Shown: one piece after another, positions 1-12,860 of the stretch
Layout of the letters: the number at the start of each line of letters is the position of its first letter
How positions within the stretch are numbered: position 1 is the stretch's first letter
DNA from: Heptranchias perlo
Taxonomy: Eukaryota
DNA: 64,000 nucleotides
Direction of reading: 5' to 3'
Assembly: GCF_035084215.1 (NCBI RefSeq)
Contig: NC_090340.1
Span: 4,836,001 to 4,900,000 of the forward strand
The notes under the pieces: model-generated
What the model was told of the DNA's origin: nothing
Database searches by the model: none
Seen by the model: only the letters and a program-made list of their open reading frames with translations
Position numbers and translations under genes: made by a program

Positions 1-44
1 GCTGGTAATTCTTGTCAAGCGATGCAATTTAGTCAGAATTGACG
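1..44 (+). CDS. Gene A (inhibitory-type SIRP-like Ig receptor): 3' end of transmembrane exon, LVILVKRCNLVRID(G); continues upstream of the window
   Basis: Hydrophobic run followed by basic stop-transfer residues, phase-1 donor G|GTAAGA at 44/45. Aligns residue-for-residue with the end of the gene D TM exon (ILVKRCNLVRIDG vs ITVKLSKLHRFKG). Confidence 0.65.
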
Positions 45-641
45 GTAAGAACTGACACGATCCTCATTAAGAATTAGGTTTGTTAGTTACATTTCAGCTC
101 GGCGGCAGCGAGGAGGACGGGACGGCGTATACGGCCTGGACTGGGATCTAGATTTTGGGAGCGGTGTCCGTTACACTAAGTGAGTTTATGTTCCTGGGGC
201 CGAATGTTGTGACGAGGGCCAGACCTTAAACCCAAGAGATCCCTCAGAATAATTTCAGCAGGTCTGACATTAAAGCGACCCGTAGTTTCGGTTTGAACTT
301 AGTGCTTCACAACAACTGAAGGCGGTGATGTGAATATTTTACAGTAAATGTAGGGTTGTGTCGGGAGGGGCGACAAATCTGGGGTCGAGGGCGGTGGAAC
401 TGGTGGTGGGAATGTGACACGTGGTGTTCGGTTGAAAAAAGGGTCCGTTTCTCGCCCAGCAATCGTACCGGATGTAACGGCTCAAGTTCTAATAAGGAGA
501 ATTGAGTGACCGTTCAGACCATTTTCTATTGATCGGTGATTCTGGTCAATTTTGCGGGAATGTTGGGTATATTTTGGGGGGAAAATCACGTATCTGGTTC
601 ATGTGAAATTGATCATTGTTCTAAATTTATTTCTCTACCAG

Positions 642-685
642 ACACGGAGATTAGTGAGGAGAGACCCGGCCACTTCGAGGAGCAG
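642..685 (+). CDS. Gene A cytoplasmic linker exon (D)TEISEERPGHFEEQ, phase 1 to 0
   Basis: Acceptor tttctctaccAG at 640-641, donor CAG|GTCAGT. Phases join the TM exon to the tyrosine-motif exons without stops. Confidence 0.7.
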
Positions 686-1447
686 GTCAGTGTCATACTA
701 GTGTAACAAGAAATAGACTGCTGTTGCTCAAGTAATGCAAATTTATACCACATTTATACCGGTATCACGAGGACATCAGGACGGCTCTCAGTAACTGCGG
801 AGCACACCGTCACCACTTGCGGGTTTATTGTTCCCCAGAGACCATCCCTCCACTGAAAGTGTAGTCTCTGACCTGTCAGTGCCGCGATTATATCTGTATT
901 AATGTAGCCCTCCATTTCTCGCAGGCGCTGTTGTCGATATTTATGCCTTGTCAGTGAGGTCGATTGGCTGTTCATCTATGGGGAGCGTCATAGTTTTGCT
1001 CGATCCTGTTCTCAGCTGACATCTCCACCCATGACCTTTCCAGCAGGGTCTCTGGGTGTTGACCGGGACTGACTGCTGGCCGAGATTGCCCCCCTCCTGA
1101 CCCAAAGGCACCGAAACCAATTGTCCATCCTGAGATGAGCAAGCTCAGAACTCGGAAGTGCTTTAATTACTCAATAGCACACGGGCCAGTCCTTGACCCA
1201 CAGGCCAGGCTGAGCTCTGATAAAATGGTCTGTAAATGTATATTGAAGAGAATTTCTCCGGCTGGGAATTATTTTCCTCCCTTGTCCTTATCCGGCCTTT
1301 TATTACACCGCCAGCTCCATTAGAGCAATCACCTGCACTGATCAGACTTACCCAATCCTTAACCGATGCCATTGGGTTTTAGTGGCCCTGTACGGTGCTG
1401 TTTGTGATTTGATGTCGAGTTAATCTTTCTCCAAAAACTCTCTTCTG

Positions 1448-1558
1448 GCTGTGGGAGGAAGAGCGGACGGGAGTCCGTCTTACGCTGCTATCAACCTCAG
1501 CGGTCACGGGAGCATTGGAAAACCCAGACGTGAGGAAAATAGAAACGTCTATGCCCAG
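1448..1558 (+). CDS. Gene A cytoplasmic exon with two tyrosine motifs (PSYAAI, NVYAQ); acceptor non-canonical
   Basis: Open 37 codons AVGGRADGSPSYAAINLSGHGSIGKPRREENRNVYAQ, donor CAG|GTACAG. The pyrimidine tract ends in TG rather than AG at 1446-1447. Confidence 0.6.
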
Positions 1559-1698
1559 GTACAGTCGAGAAACGGAGCAGCCCATTCCAATCAGGACTGG
1601 TCCAGTCCTTCCGTCTGACCTCAGTAATGCACATTGAAGTACTGGAACGCTTAGTGTGAGTAACATATCCTATTGATATTTCAGTGTTGCTTCCACAG

Positions 1699-1848
1699 AC
1701 CAAGCAAGAGACGGATTTTGCACTGACTTCCGCGTCTCTGGATCTGACCGGCTCCCAGGAACTGGCAAGAAGGAAACAGAAAGAAAACGTAGCGGAGTAT
1801 GCGGCGATCAGGATCAACAAGCCAAGGGAAGAATACGGGATTGTATAA
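1699..1848 (+). CDS. Gene A terminal coding exon TKQETDFALTSASLDLTGSQELARRKQKENVAEYAAIRINKPREEYGIV*
   Basis: Acceptor ttgcttccacAG, phase 0, TAA at 1846-1848. LT(S)ASL and AEYAAI resemble the SIRP-alpha LTYADL and EYASI/V motifs. Confidence 0.75.
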   Translation, partial: TKQETDFALTSASLDLTGSQELARRKQKENVAEYAAIRINKPREEYGIV

Positions 1849-2240
1849 ACACCAGCAAATGTCCAGTGATGTTAAAGTCACACGGGGGATGGCCATCTTG
1901 GTGCCTGAAGAACACACCTACTTGTATTTTTCGGGGTGTTTGGAAACCGGATTGTCATTTATTGGAATGGGAGGAGTAGCAGCTTTTACTGGCAGAGAGA
2001 AACAGCGATCTGGAGGCTGCGTTTATTCTTGAAATCTGCACTTCCAGTGAATGGAGGAGTCAATGCTTAACTCTTTTATAGGTTTCAAATGGGACCAAAG
2101 GAAATTGGAGCGTCTTGTCTCGTTGGGGGAAATCGATGAGGCCAGTTATTGTGGGTCAGTTCTGTTAATTTAGAAGGATTGAGCAATGGAGTTTATTTTG
2201 GGCATGTGTCGCGAATATACCGGAATTCGAGGAGGGTTCT

Positions 2241-3313
2241 GAATCATAGAATCATAGAATCATAGAAGTTACAACATGGAAACAGGCCCTTCGGCCCAAC
2301 ATGTCCATGTCGCCCAGTTTATACCACTAAGCTAGTCCCAATTGCCTGCACTTGACCCATATCCCTCTATACCCATCTTACCCATGTAACTGTCCAAATG
2401 CTTTTTAAAAGACAAAATTGTACCCGCCTCTACTACTGCCTCTGGCAGCTCGTTCCAGACACTCACCACCCTTTGAGTGAAAAAATTGCCCCTCTGGACC
2501 TTTTTGTATCTCTCCCCTCTCACCTTAAATCTATGCCCCCTCGTTATAGACTCCCCTACCTTTGGGAAAATATTTTGACTATCGACCTTATCTATGCCCC
2601 TCATTATTTTATAGACTTCTATAAGATCACCCCTTAACCTCCTACTCTCCAGGGAAAAAAGTCCCAGTCTGTCTAACCTCTCCCTGTAAGTCAAACCATC
2701 AAGTCCCGGTAGCATCATAGTAAATCTTTTCTGCACTCTTTCTAGTTTAATAATATCCTTTCTATAATAGGGTGACCAGAACTCTACACAGTACTCCAAG
2801 TGTGGCCTCACCAATGCCCTGTACAACTTCAACAAGACATCCCAACTCCTGTATTCAATGTTCTGACCAATGAAACCAAGCATGCCGAATGCCTTCTTCA
2901 CCACCCTATCCACCTGTGACTCCACTTTCAAGGAGCTATGAATCTGTACTCCTAGATCTCTTTGTTCTATAACTCTCCCCAACGCCCTACCATTAACGGA
3001 GTAGGTCCTGGCCCGATTCGATCTACCAAAATGCATCACCTCACATTTATCTAAATTAAACTCCATCTGCCATTCATCGGCCCACTGGCCCAATTTATCA
3101 AGATCCCGTTGCAATCCCAGATAACCTTCTTCACTGTCCACAATGCCACCAATCTTGGTGTCATCTGCAAACTTACTAACCATGCCTCCTAAATTCTCAT
3201 CCAGATCATTAATATAAATAACAAATAACAGCGGACCCAGCACCGATCCCTGAGGCACACCGCTGGACACAGGCATCCAGTTTGAAAAACAACCCTCTAC
3301 AACCACCCTCTGT
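2241..3313 (-). mobile_element. 5'-truncated CR1 LINE, intact 324-aa RT C-terminal ORF (2332-3306)
   Basis: [15 protein letters not shown] and RPHLEYC motifs; 3' octamer tail seen as (GAATCATA)n at 2241-2266. Confidence 0.95.
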
Positions 3314-3679
3314 ATTACATCTAAATATTAAATCATTATCAGGCTCCTAACGGGCCAACTGAATGGTGTTTGGTGACTGGACATAAATTACCGCGGCCCT
3401 TTCTGTGCAGAAACAACTATTCCTTCAGTTTCCTTTAATGAAATTCACACTTTCAACGTTGAGAATTCCTTTCTGTCCCGATTTTGCTCTTTCTGGATGT
3501 ATTTGACACTTTAAATCAAATCTGTCCGTGTGCCGAACATTTCCATCTCTGGGTATTTTAATTACTCAGTTTGCCTCTTGTCACAGGAATGAACCAGAAG
3601 TTTTCGAATGTGCAGTGGGACAGGTCTGGGACCTACTCCGGCTCCCTGCCTCACTGTGAAATTCAGAATTACAAAGATT

Positions 3680-5420
3680 AAATAGAATTTACAGCATCGA
3701 AACAGGCCATTCGACCCCATTAATCTGTCCTGGTGTTTATGCTTCACACGAGCCTCTTGCCATCCTACTTCATCTAACGCTATGAGCAGATCGTTCTATT
3801 CCTTTCTCCCTTGTGTACTTATCTTGCTTCCCTGAAATGCATCTACGCTATTCGCCTCAACTGCTCCACGTGGTATCAAGTTCACATTCTAATCACTCTG
3901 GGTAAAGAAGTTTCTCCTGAATTCTTTCTTGGATTTATTAGTGACTATCTTATATTTATGGCCCTTAGTATTGGACTGCCCCGCAAGTGGAAACATTTTC
4001 TCTAAGCCTACACTTTCTTACCACTTCACAATTTTAAATTCTTCTATTAACAGCAAAGTGGGAGAACCTTCACCCACGGACTGCAGCGGTTTAAGAAGGC
4101 GGATTACCATCACCGGATCAAGGGCAATTAGGGATTGGCAATAAATGCTGGCCTTGCCTGCGACACCCACATCCCATGAATGAACAAAAAAAAAAGGTCA
4201 CACCTCATCCTTCTCATTTCTAGAGAAAAGAGCCCCAGCCATTCATTCTTTCCTGATACTTAGAACCTCTCAGTCCTAGTATCATCCTTGTCAATCTTTT
4301 TTGCAACTTTTCCAATGCCTCTATATCCTTTTTGTAGTATAGTGGCCAAAACACAGTATGGTCTAACCAACGTTCTATAAAAGTTTAACATAACTTCCCT
4401 GCTATTCAATTCTATCCTTCTAGAAATGAACCCCAGTGCATAGTTTGCATTGTTATGGCCTTGTAAACTAACGTTGCTATTTTTAGTGATTTGTGAATGT
4501 GTTACCCCAGACCTCTTTTCTCCTGCATCACATTTGGACTCTTATTTCCCAAGGAGTATGCGGCCTCCTTATTCTAACTACTTTAGCACCTCACACTTAG
4601 CTATCCTAAAATTCTTTCGCTATTTACACGCTCATTCTGCAAGATTTTTAGCGTCTTCCTGGATTTTGTTGCAGTCTTGTTTAGTATTAACGAAACCCCA
4701 CAATTTTAAAATTGTATTTCCGATTCCTGAGTTCCAATCATTCATAAAAATAGTGAACAACAGTGGTCCCAGCACCGATCCCTTTGGAACACCACTTCCC
4801 AGCTTCCGTCAGTCTGACTAACTCTCTTTATCCCCTACTCTCTGTGTTCTGTTTTGTAGCCAGCTTGCTATCCATTTTAATTCTTGTCCCGACTCCACAT
4901 GCTCTGTCCTTAGTCATGACTTTACCATGTGGTAACTCATCGAAGTCCGTTTGAAAATCCAAGTATACTACATCTACTACATTACCCTTGTCTACTCTTT
5001 CTGTTACTTCTTCAATGAATTCAATAAGGTTGGACAACCATGACCTTCCCTTTTGAAATCCGTATTGACTATTCTTCATTATATTTTCGGTTTCTAGATA
5101 TATTTCTATTGCATCTTTGAGTAAAGATTATCTATCCTACTACCGATGAAAAGCCAACTGGTCGGTAGTTCCCCGGATTTGCTCTTTCGCTTTTTTAAAT
5201 GTAGGAATAAAATTAACTGTCATCCAGTCCTCTGGCGCTATACCGTTTTCTAACGAATATTTATAAATATATAATAGTGCCTCTCTGATCTGTTCCCTGG
5301 CTTCTTTTAGTTCGCACGGATATCATGCATCCAGACCAAGGGTTTTAGACTCTCTAAGTTTAATTGGTTTATCAATCATCTCCCCCTTTCCTACCTTAAA
5401 TGTCTTGATATCTTTTTGAT
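3680..5420 (-). mobile_element. Degenerate CR1 ORF2 fragment, interrupted at about 4050-4195 by a short (+) 3' tail of LINE family B
   Basis: ORF 4828-5079 QYGFQKGRS..VYLDFQ. The insert matches the 3' end of the 36961-39357 element and ends in poly(A). Confidence 0.8.
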
Positions 5421-5999
5421 CACGTACATTACATGTGTTTGAAGAGCTGTATTTGTACTTCGATTACTTACACATTTACATTAGATAGGATTTTCCTCAC
5501 AATCCCAAACGGTGACACTGCTCCCTGACGCTGGATTACACGGGCTGCTGGGCTAGCCAGGGCTAAGGTCGGCTAACTCGATGAAGAGAGTTATCAACAT
5601 GTTACCGATCTGCGTAACGTCTGGGAGGCGGATCGTTACCAGATCGAGAATGTTCTGGACCTCTGCTTCTGTGCGTGAACTGGATCGTGAATCGTGTACT
5701 TCAGCCCTGGAGTGTACGGGTAGCCTGGAATGTCTGCCTTCTGTTATCGGTACCGGTAAAGATCAGAAATCAGAGTGGAGAGGATAAGAGGAATTTAATT
5801 GCAAGACATTACTGCCGGAGTTTAGTGTAGGAACCCGCACCGCAGTGTGATTTAGTCGCACTAACTTGGTAGGGGGGAATAAGACGTGGAAGCAGTAAGC
5901 AAAGTAAAAGGGACACGGGTTTTAGGGGAGATAAAGAAAGCATGAAAGTCATAAAGTAAACCAGAAAGAGGAGAATTAGAACGTGTAAGGATACCAAAC

Positions 6000-7020
6000 A
6001 GAGAAGCAGGTTTGAGATGTATGTTGCTTAATGCACGATGTATTGTGAATCAAACTGGTGAGCGAGGGACACAAAATCCTGTGGTAGATGTTCGATGTCA
6101 CAGACTTAATAAAGTCTCAGTTTAGGCTAAGGCAGGACTGGGAGCTGAACTTTCCTGGTTCCAAAATACTCCAGTAGGATAAAGTAGGAAAAAGGGAGTC
6201 AGGGTGATAGTATTAATGAAAGATTCCATTACAGTTGGAGGATAGAGCAATGGTATAGGGATGGATCAAAAGCCAAATTTGTTTGCTTATAATTAAGAAA
6301 CAGGAATTTGTCTATTGGGAAAATACTATCGACCATCAGCGAGTGGAAAGGAGATAAAGTAGCGAAATGTAGACAGATAGGAGAAGTGTGCAGATGCTAT
6401 AGAACCTTCATGAAAGATGACTTCAATTATCCAAAGAAGGAATGGAATAAAAGTATTGGAGAAAGGGATGGGATTCTACATTGTGGCGCAGACTGTTTTA
6501 TAGTTCAATTTGCGTTCAATCCAATAAGGAAGGGTATAGTACTGGTTATAGTTCTAGCGAATTAAATGGGATAGATAGATAATAGAAGTTTCGGTGAACA
6601 TCTGGAAGACATAAAATGATATAAAAATTGAAAAGGAAAGGGAACCAATAAAAAAATGATTGGATTTAAGACAACTTCGACGGTATAGTAATGGAATTAA
6701 CAGATACATTAGCAAAACATATTCGTTGGTAAGATAGTACACAAAAGTTCAAAGACAAGATGGTTGGAGTACAAACTAGATACTTTCCCGCATGAAGTAA
6801 GGGGTACAGCAAAAACTGGAGTGTGGCGAATGGACAGAGTAATTCTAATAAAACTGAGTCTTAGGGGTGCACAGCAAGCCGAGAGCTAATAACACAAAAT
6901 AAAATCATTCAGAGCATGAAAAATATAAAGGAGAAGCAAAATAAAGTGTACAAAGGTTAGGAGAGGTTAATAGAGAGCCATATAACCAGGTTCACGGATG
7001 ACACAAAGAGATGTGGCAAA
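6000..7020 (+). mobile_element. Old degenerate CR1 ORF2 (endonuclease region)
   Basis: DFNYP-like motif in ORF 6308-6565; A-rich CR1-like composition. Confidence 0.55.
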
Positions 7021-7865
7021 GAATCATAGCATCATAGACTGGTTACAGCACAGAAGTAGGCCATGCGTCCCATCGAGCCGGAGCCAGATCCGGTCGTTTT
7101 ATGTGCAATCCAGTTAGTCCCATTCGCCTGCTCTTTCCCGGTAGACCTACAATATTTTTCCCTTCAAGTATTTATCCAATTCCTTTAAAGTCATGATTAA
7201 ATCTGCTTCCACCACCTTTCAAGCAGTGCATCCAGACCATAAATACTCGTTGCATAAAAAAGATTTTGCTCATTTAACCTTTGGTTCCTTTGCTAATCAC
7301 CTTAAATCTGTATCCTCTGGTTCTCGACCCTTCCGTCAATGTGAATAGTTTCCCTTTATTTACTTTATCAGAACCCTTCATGTCTTTGAACACTTCTATC
7401 ATTTCTCCTATAAACCTTCTCCCCAAAGGAGAAAAATCCCAGCTTCTACAGTCTATCCACGTGATAGAAATCCCTCATCCCTGGAACAATTCCAGTAAAT
7501 CTCCTCTGCACTCTTTCCAAAGCCTTCACATCCTTCCAAAAGTGTAGTGCCCAGAATTGGACGCAATACTCTAGCTGTGGCCGAACCGGTGTTTTCTAAA
7601 GCTTCAACATAACATCCTTGCATTTGAACCCTATGCCTCTCTTTTCAAGCCCAGGATCACGTATGATGTTTTAACTGCTTTCTTAGCCTGTCATGCACTT
7701 CAAAAGATCTATGCACATATACCCCCAGGTCTCTCTGTTTCTACACCCCCTTTAGAATTGTACCATTCAGCTTATTTTGCCTCTCCTAATTCATTCTATC
7801 AAAATTTATCACTTCGTACTTCGCTGTAAAATATCATCCACCACCTGTCCGCCAATTCCACCAGC
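7021..7865 (-). mobile_element. Degenerate CR1 3' fragment
   Basis: gaatcatag tail and a CR1 3' UTR stem; antisense RT C-terminal similarity. Confidence 0.75.
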
Positions 7866-7987
7866 ATGGGATCATAGAATTGTTGACATTTACGGCACAG
7901 AAGGAGGTCATTCGGCCCATCGTGTCTGTGCCGGCCGGAAAAAAAGATATCCAGCCTAATCCAACTTTCCAAATCTTGGTCCACAGG

Positions 7988-10900
7988 GGTTTTTTTTTAT
8001 TCGTTCATGGGATGTGGGCGTCGCTGGTGAAGCCGGCATTTATTGCCCATCCCTAATTGCTCTTGAGAAGGTGGTGGTGAGCCGCCTTCTTGAACCGCTG
8101 CAGTCCGTATGGTGACGGTTCTCCCACAGTGCTGTTAGGAAGGGAGTTCCAGGATTTTGACCCAGCGACAATGAAGGCACGGCGAAATATTTCCAAGTCA
8201 GGATGGTGTGTGACTTGGAGGGGAACGTTCAGGTGGAGTTTTTCCCATGTGCCTGTTGCTCTTGTCCTTCCAGGTGGTAGAAGTCGCGGGTTTGGGAGGT
8301 GCTGACGAAGAAGCCTTGGCGAGTTGCTGCAGTGCATCCTGTGGATGGTACACACTGCAGCCACTGTGCGCCGATGGTGAAGAGAGTGAATGTTTAGGGT
8401 GGTGGATGGTGTGCCAATCAAGCGGGCTGCTTTATCTTGGATGGTGTCGAGCTTCTTGAGTGTTGTTGGAGCTGCACTCATCCAAGCAAGTGGAGAGTAT
8501 TCCATCACACTCCTGACTTGTGCATTGCAGATGGTGAAAATGCTATGGGGAGTCTGGAGGTGTGACACTCGCCGCAGAGTACCCAGCCTCTGACCTGCTC
8601 TCGTAGCCACAGTATTTATATGGCTGGTCCAGTTAAGTTTCTGGTCAATGGTGACCCCCAGGATGTTGAAGGTGGGGGATTCGGCGATGGTAATGCCATT
8701 GAATGTCAAGGGGAGGTGGTTAGACTCCCTCTTGTTGGAGATGGTCATTGCCTGGCACTTATCTGGCGCGAATGTTACTTGCCACTTATGAGCCCAAACC
8801 TGGATGCTGTCCAGGTCTTGCTGCATGCGGGCTCGGACTGCTTCATTATTTTAGGTGTTGCGAATGGAACTGAGCACTGTGCAATCATCAGCAAACATCC
8901 CCATTTCTGACCTTATGATGGAGGGAAGGTCATTGATGAAGCAGCTGAAGATGGTTGGGCCGAGGACACTGCCCTGAGAAAGTACTGCAACAATGCCCTG
9001 GGGCTGAGATGATTGGCCTCCAACAACCACTACCATCTTCCTTTGTGCTAGGTATGACTCCAGCCACTGGAGTGTTTTCCCCCTGACTCCCATTGACTTC
9101 AATTTTACTAGGGCTCCTTGGTGCCACACTCGGTCAAATGCTGCCTTGATGTCAAGGGCAGTCACTCTCACCTTTGGAATTCAGCTCTTTTGTCTATGTT
9201 TGGACCAAGGCTGTAATGAGTTCTTGAGCCGAGTGGTCATGGCGGAACCCAAACTGAGCATCGGTGAGCAGGTTATTGGTGAGTAAGTGCCGCTTGATAG
9301 CACTGTCGACGACACCTTCCATCACTTTGCTGATGATTGAGAGTAGACTGATGGGGCGGTAATTAGTCGGATTGGATTTGTCCTGCTTTTTGTGGACAAG
9401 ACTTACCTGGGCAATTTTCCACATTGTCGGGTAGATGCCAGTGTTGTAGCTGTACTGGAACAGTTTGGCTGGAGGCGCAGCCAATTCTGGAGCACAAGCC
9501 TTCAGCACTACAGCTGGGATGTTGTCGGGGCCCATAGCCTTTGCTGTATCCAGTGCACTCAGCCGTTTCTTGATATCACGTGGAGTGAATCGAATTGGCT
9601 TAAGACTGGCTTCCGTGATGGTGCGGATATCGGGAACATAAGAACATAAGAAATAGGAGCAGGATTAGGCCAATCGGCCCCTCGAGCCTGCTCCGCCATT
9701 CAATAAGATCATGGCTGATCTGATCCGAACCTCAAATCTAAATTCATGTCCAATTTCCTGCCCGCTCCCCGTAACCCCTAATTCACTTTACTTCGAGGAA
9801 ACTGTCTATTTCTGTTTTAAATTTATTTAGTGATGTAGCTTCCACAGCTTCCTGGGGCAGCAAATTCCACAGACCTACTACCCTCTGAGTGAAGAAGTTT
9901 CTCCTCATCTCAGTTTTGAAAGAGCAGCCCCTTATTCTAAGATTATGCCCCCTAGTTCTAGTTTCACCCATCCGTGGGAACATCCTTACCGCATCCACCC
10001 GATCAAGCCCCTTCACAATCTTATATGTTTCAATAAGATCGCCTCTCATTCTTCTGAACTCCAATGAGTAGAGTCCCAATTTACTCAACCTCTCCTCATC
10101 TGTCCACCCCCTCATCCCCGGGATTAACCGAGTGAACCTTCTTTGTACTGCCTCGAGAGCAAGTATGTATTTTCTTAAGTATGGAGACCAAAACTGTATG
10201 CAGTATTCCAGGTGCGGTCTCACCAATACCCTATATAACTGCAGCAATATCTCCCTGTTTTTATATTCTATCCCCCTAGCAATAAAAGCCAACATTCCGT
10301 TGGCCATCTTGATCACCTGCTGCACCTGCAAACTAACTTTTTGATTTTCTTGCACTGGGACCCCCAGATCCCTTCATACTGCAGTACTTTCCAGTTCCTC
10401 GCCATTAAGATATTAACTTGCTCTGTGATTTTTCCTGCCCTAGTGCATAACCTCACATTTTCCAATATTGTATTGCATCTGCCAAATCTCCGCCCACTCA
10501 CCCAGCCTGTCTATATCCCCTTGTAGGTTTTTTATGTCCTCCTCACTCTCTACTTTCCCTCCCATCTTTGTATCATCTGCAAACTTTGATATCTTACACT
10601 CGGTCCCCTCCTCCAAATCGTTAATATAGATTGTAAAGAGTTGGGGACCCAGCACCGACCCCTGCAGAACACCACTGGCTACAGGTTGCCAGTCCGAGAA
10701 TGTACCATTTATCCCAACTCTCTGCTTCCTGTTAGATAACCAATCCTCCACCCGGTGGGACAGGACATACCCAGGGATGGTGATGGAAGAGTCTGGGACA
10801 TTGGCTGAAAGGTATGATTCTGTGAGTATGGCTATGTCATGCTGTTGCTTGACTAGTCTGTGGGACAGCTCTCCCAATTTTGAAACAAGTCCCCAGATGT

Positions 10901-11334
10901 TAGTGAGGAGAAATTTGCAGGATCGACTGGGCTTGGTTTCCCTTCGTCGTATCCGGTGCCTAGTGGTCCGATGCCGGGTGGTCTGTCCGGTTTTTTTTCT
11001 TATTATGACTTTTCGTAGCTTGATTTTACAACTGAGTGGCTTGCTAGGTCATTTCAGAGGGCATTTAAGAATCAACCACATTGCTGTGGGTCTGGAGTCA
11101 CATATAGGCCAGACCGGGTAAGGACGGCAGATTTCCTTCCCTAAAGGACATTAGTGAACCAGATGGGTCTTTACGACAATCCGGTAGTTTCATGGCTACC
11201 ATTACTGATACTAGTATTTTAATTCCAGATTTTTTATTTAATTAATTGAGTTTAATTAATTAATTGAATTTAAATTCGCCAGCTGCCGTGGCGGGATTTG
11301 AACTCATGACTCTGGATTTTTCGTCCAGGCCTCT
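7988..11334 (-). mobile_element. LINE family B (CR1-group) copy reaching a tRNA-like 5' head; middle replaced by a nested CR1
   Basis: ORFs 8053-8826, 8851-9171 and 9194-9535 are near-identical to the 765-aa ORF at 37024-39321. APE N-terminus (TNIWGL..DIAILTES) at about 10750-10910, B-box GTTCAAATCC at 11294-11303, poly(A) tail at about 7990. Confidence 0.85.
9633..10750 (-). mobile_element. CR1 LINE 3' part nested in the family B element
   Basis: ORFs 9783-10355 and 10440-10750 carry RT motifs (GVLQGSVLGP, KFADD); tail (GAACATAA)n at 9634-9650. Confidence 0.92.
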
Positions 11335-11459
11335 TGAGGTTGCCGGTTACTGCATTTCAACTTCATAACCACATAATTTTCGAATGTGATGAGGGTTTCT
11401 GCCTTTCGGGCAGTGGGTTCCAGACCCCCACCACCCTTTGGATATAAAATAATCTCCTC

Positions 11460-12150
11460 AGCTCGATGTTCTCAATCACCCACACATCTCCGTCTATGAC
11501 GCCTTTGTCCCCATTAAAACCCTTACTCTTCTACATCCTGTTAGTTCCCCCTGGTACGGCCCCTATCTTCGCTACCTCAAGCCAAAAGGGTTTGACTTCA
11601 ACGTTTCTGGTGAACAATTAGTTTAGCCATTCATCGTCAGATCTGGCTGGAATACGTCAAGCACTCCTGGGCACTGCTCTCCTGTGCCAAAGCTGCTCAC
11701 TACTTCTAAGTCATCCTGGAATGGAAATATAACACCCGCTTCTCTTCTCCACTACTGGCCATCTCCTTGAAATAATCTCCCCTGCTCCTCAAACACCTTC
11801 GTTTCTAACAAGTGTCAGGAACTCAAGGATTTTTTTTGTCAGTGAGATTTAGACTGTCCATTTAGCTGCCTCTGCTGTATCCCTCCCTTCCCAGAACTCA
11901 CCAATTCAACGTTGCAAAAGTTTCCCCCTACCCTAGCCCTGAACCCACGTCTTTATCCAGTTTATATCCTATCTCCCCTCATGATATCTCCAAGCTCATC
12001 TTATCTATGAGACCCACCTTCTGCTCTCTCGACCCTATTCCCATTAAACAGCTGACCATCCAACTTCCTTTCCTGAGCTTCATGCGAGATGACATTGTAT
12101 ATTGTTCACTTTTCTGTGGTACTGTGCGCCCTCGCTTTCAAAACTGCATT
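11460..12150 (+). mobile_element. Degenerate L2 LINE fragment
   Basis: C/T-rich; RPTFCSLDPIP matches the L2 ORF2 'TCxLDPIP' segment. Confidence 0.6.
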
Positions 12151-12734
12151 CAGTCTGAATTGTTCCAATTTACCGAGGTATCTATGATTTTATGGTGTCC
12201 TGAGTGTCCTGACTATCTTCTCACCTCCTGACAAACTCTGAATCCAGTCATTAGCGCCAAGAAGTCGAACCTTCGGAAAAGTTAGCAAATGGGGACTAAA
12301 TCTTGAGAACCATTGTTTATCATTACTGTTTAGACTCAATTTCATAACTTCTATGAACGTGGCTGGTGTCCAGAGAGCCCATCAATTTCAACAACCAAGT
12401 TCTGTTGAATGTCATGAGTATTTTCTCCAGTCGGTGTGTACCTGCCTCGGTACAAAGGGACCCGTGTAATCAAAAATGCAATTTTCTGCCGATTTTTCCC
12501 CTCCAGAAAGCCGGGATTTTGGATCAATTGTACCGAACGATCCAAGCTCAGGTCAGCCAACTCAGAACAGAGTCGGGTTCGAACGATGCGAACTTCAGCT
12601 CTGTGTGGTTCAGTACTTCACCACGCAATAAATGGGGACAGAGCGAAAGAGTCAGATACAGACCGCATTCACGACACCTGCACATGCGTATCTGCAACAG
12701 GTTTGCCAGCGATGCGATAAGTGAAGCGCTGTTG

Positions 12735-12860
12735 CAATTAGAAACTTTTCACGTAATTCAAAATAGTTCCATTTTCCCGCGGTCACCAATGAGATCTGGG
12801 TCATTGTAACTTTCAGCGTGTTGTCACATCTCCGTCCGCATACCTGCCATAAAAGTGAAC
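12735..12860 (+). promoter_or_regulatory. Putative promoter of gene B (TATA-like CATAAAA at 12848-12854 overlapping IRF-like AAAAGTGAAC)
   Basis: Motifs about 160 bp upstream of the leader ATG in unique sequence; motif match only. Confidence 0.3.

Noticed and set aside
98-179. AG...GTGAGT-bounded segment containing a J-like FGSG string
   Set aside because: It would need a 53-bp intron, and its phase leads to a stop in the next exon. It has no RSS or TxLxV, and gene A joins cleanly without it.
10440-10877. 145-aa ORF fusing endonuclease and RT motifs
   Set aside because: A chance in-frame junction between the family B element and the nested CR1.
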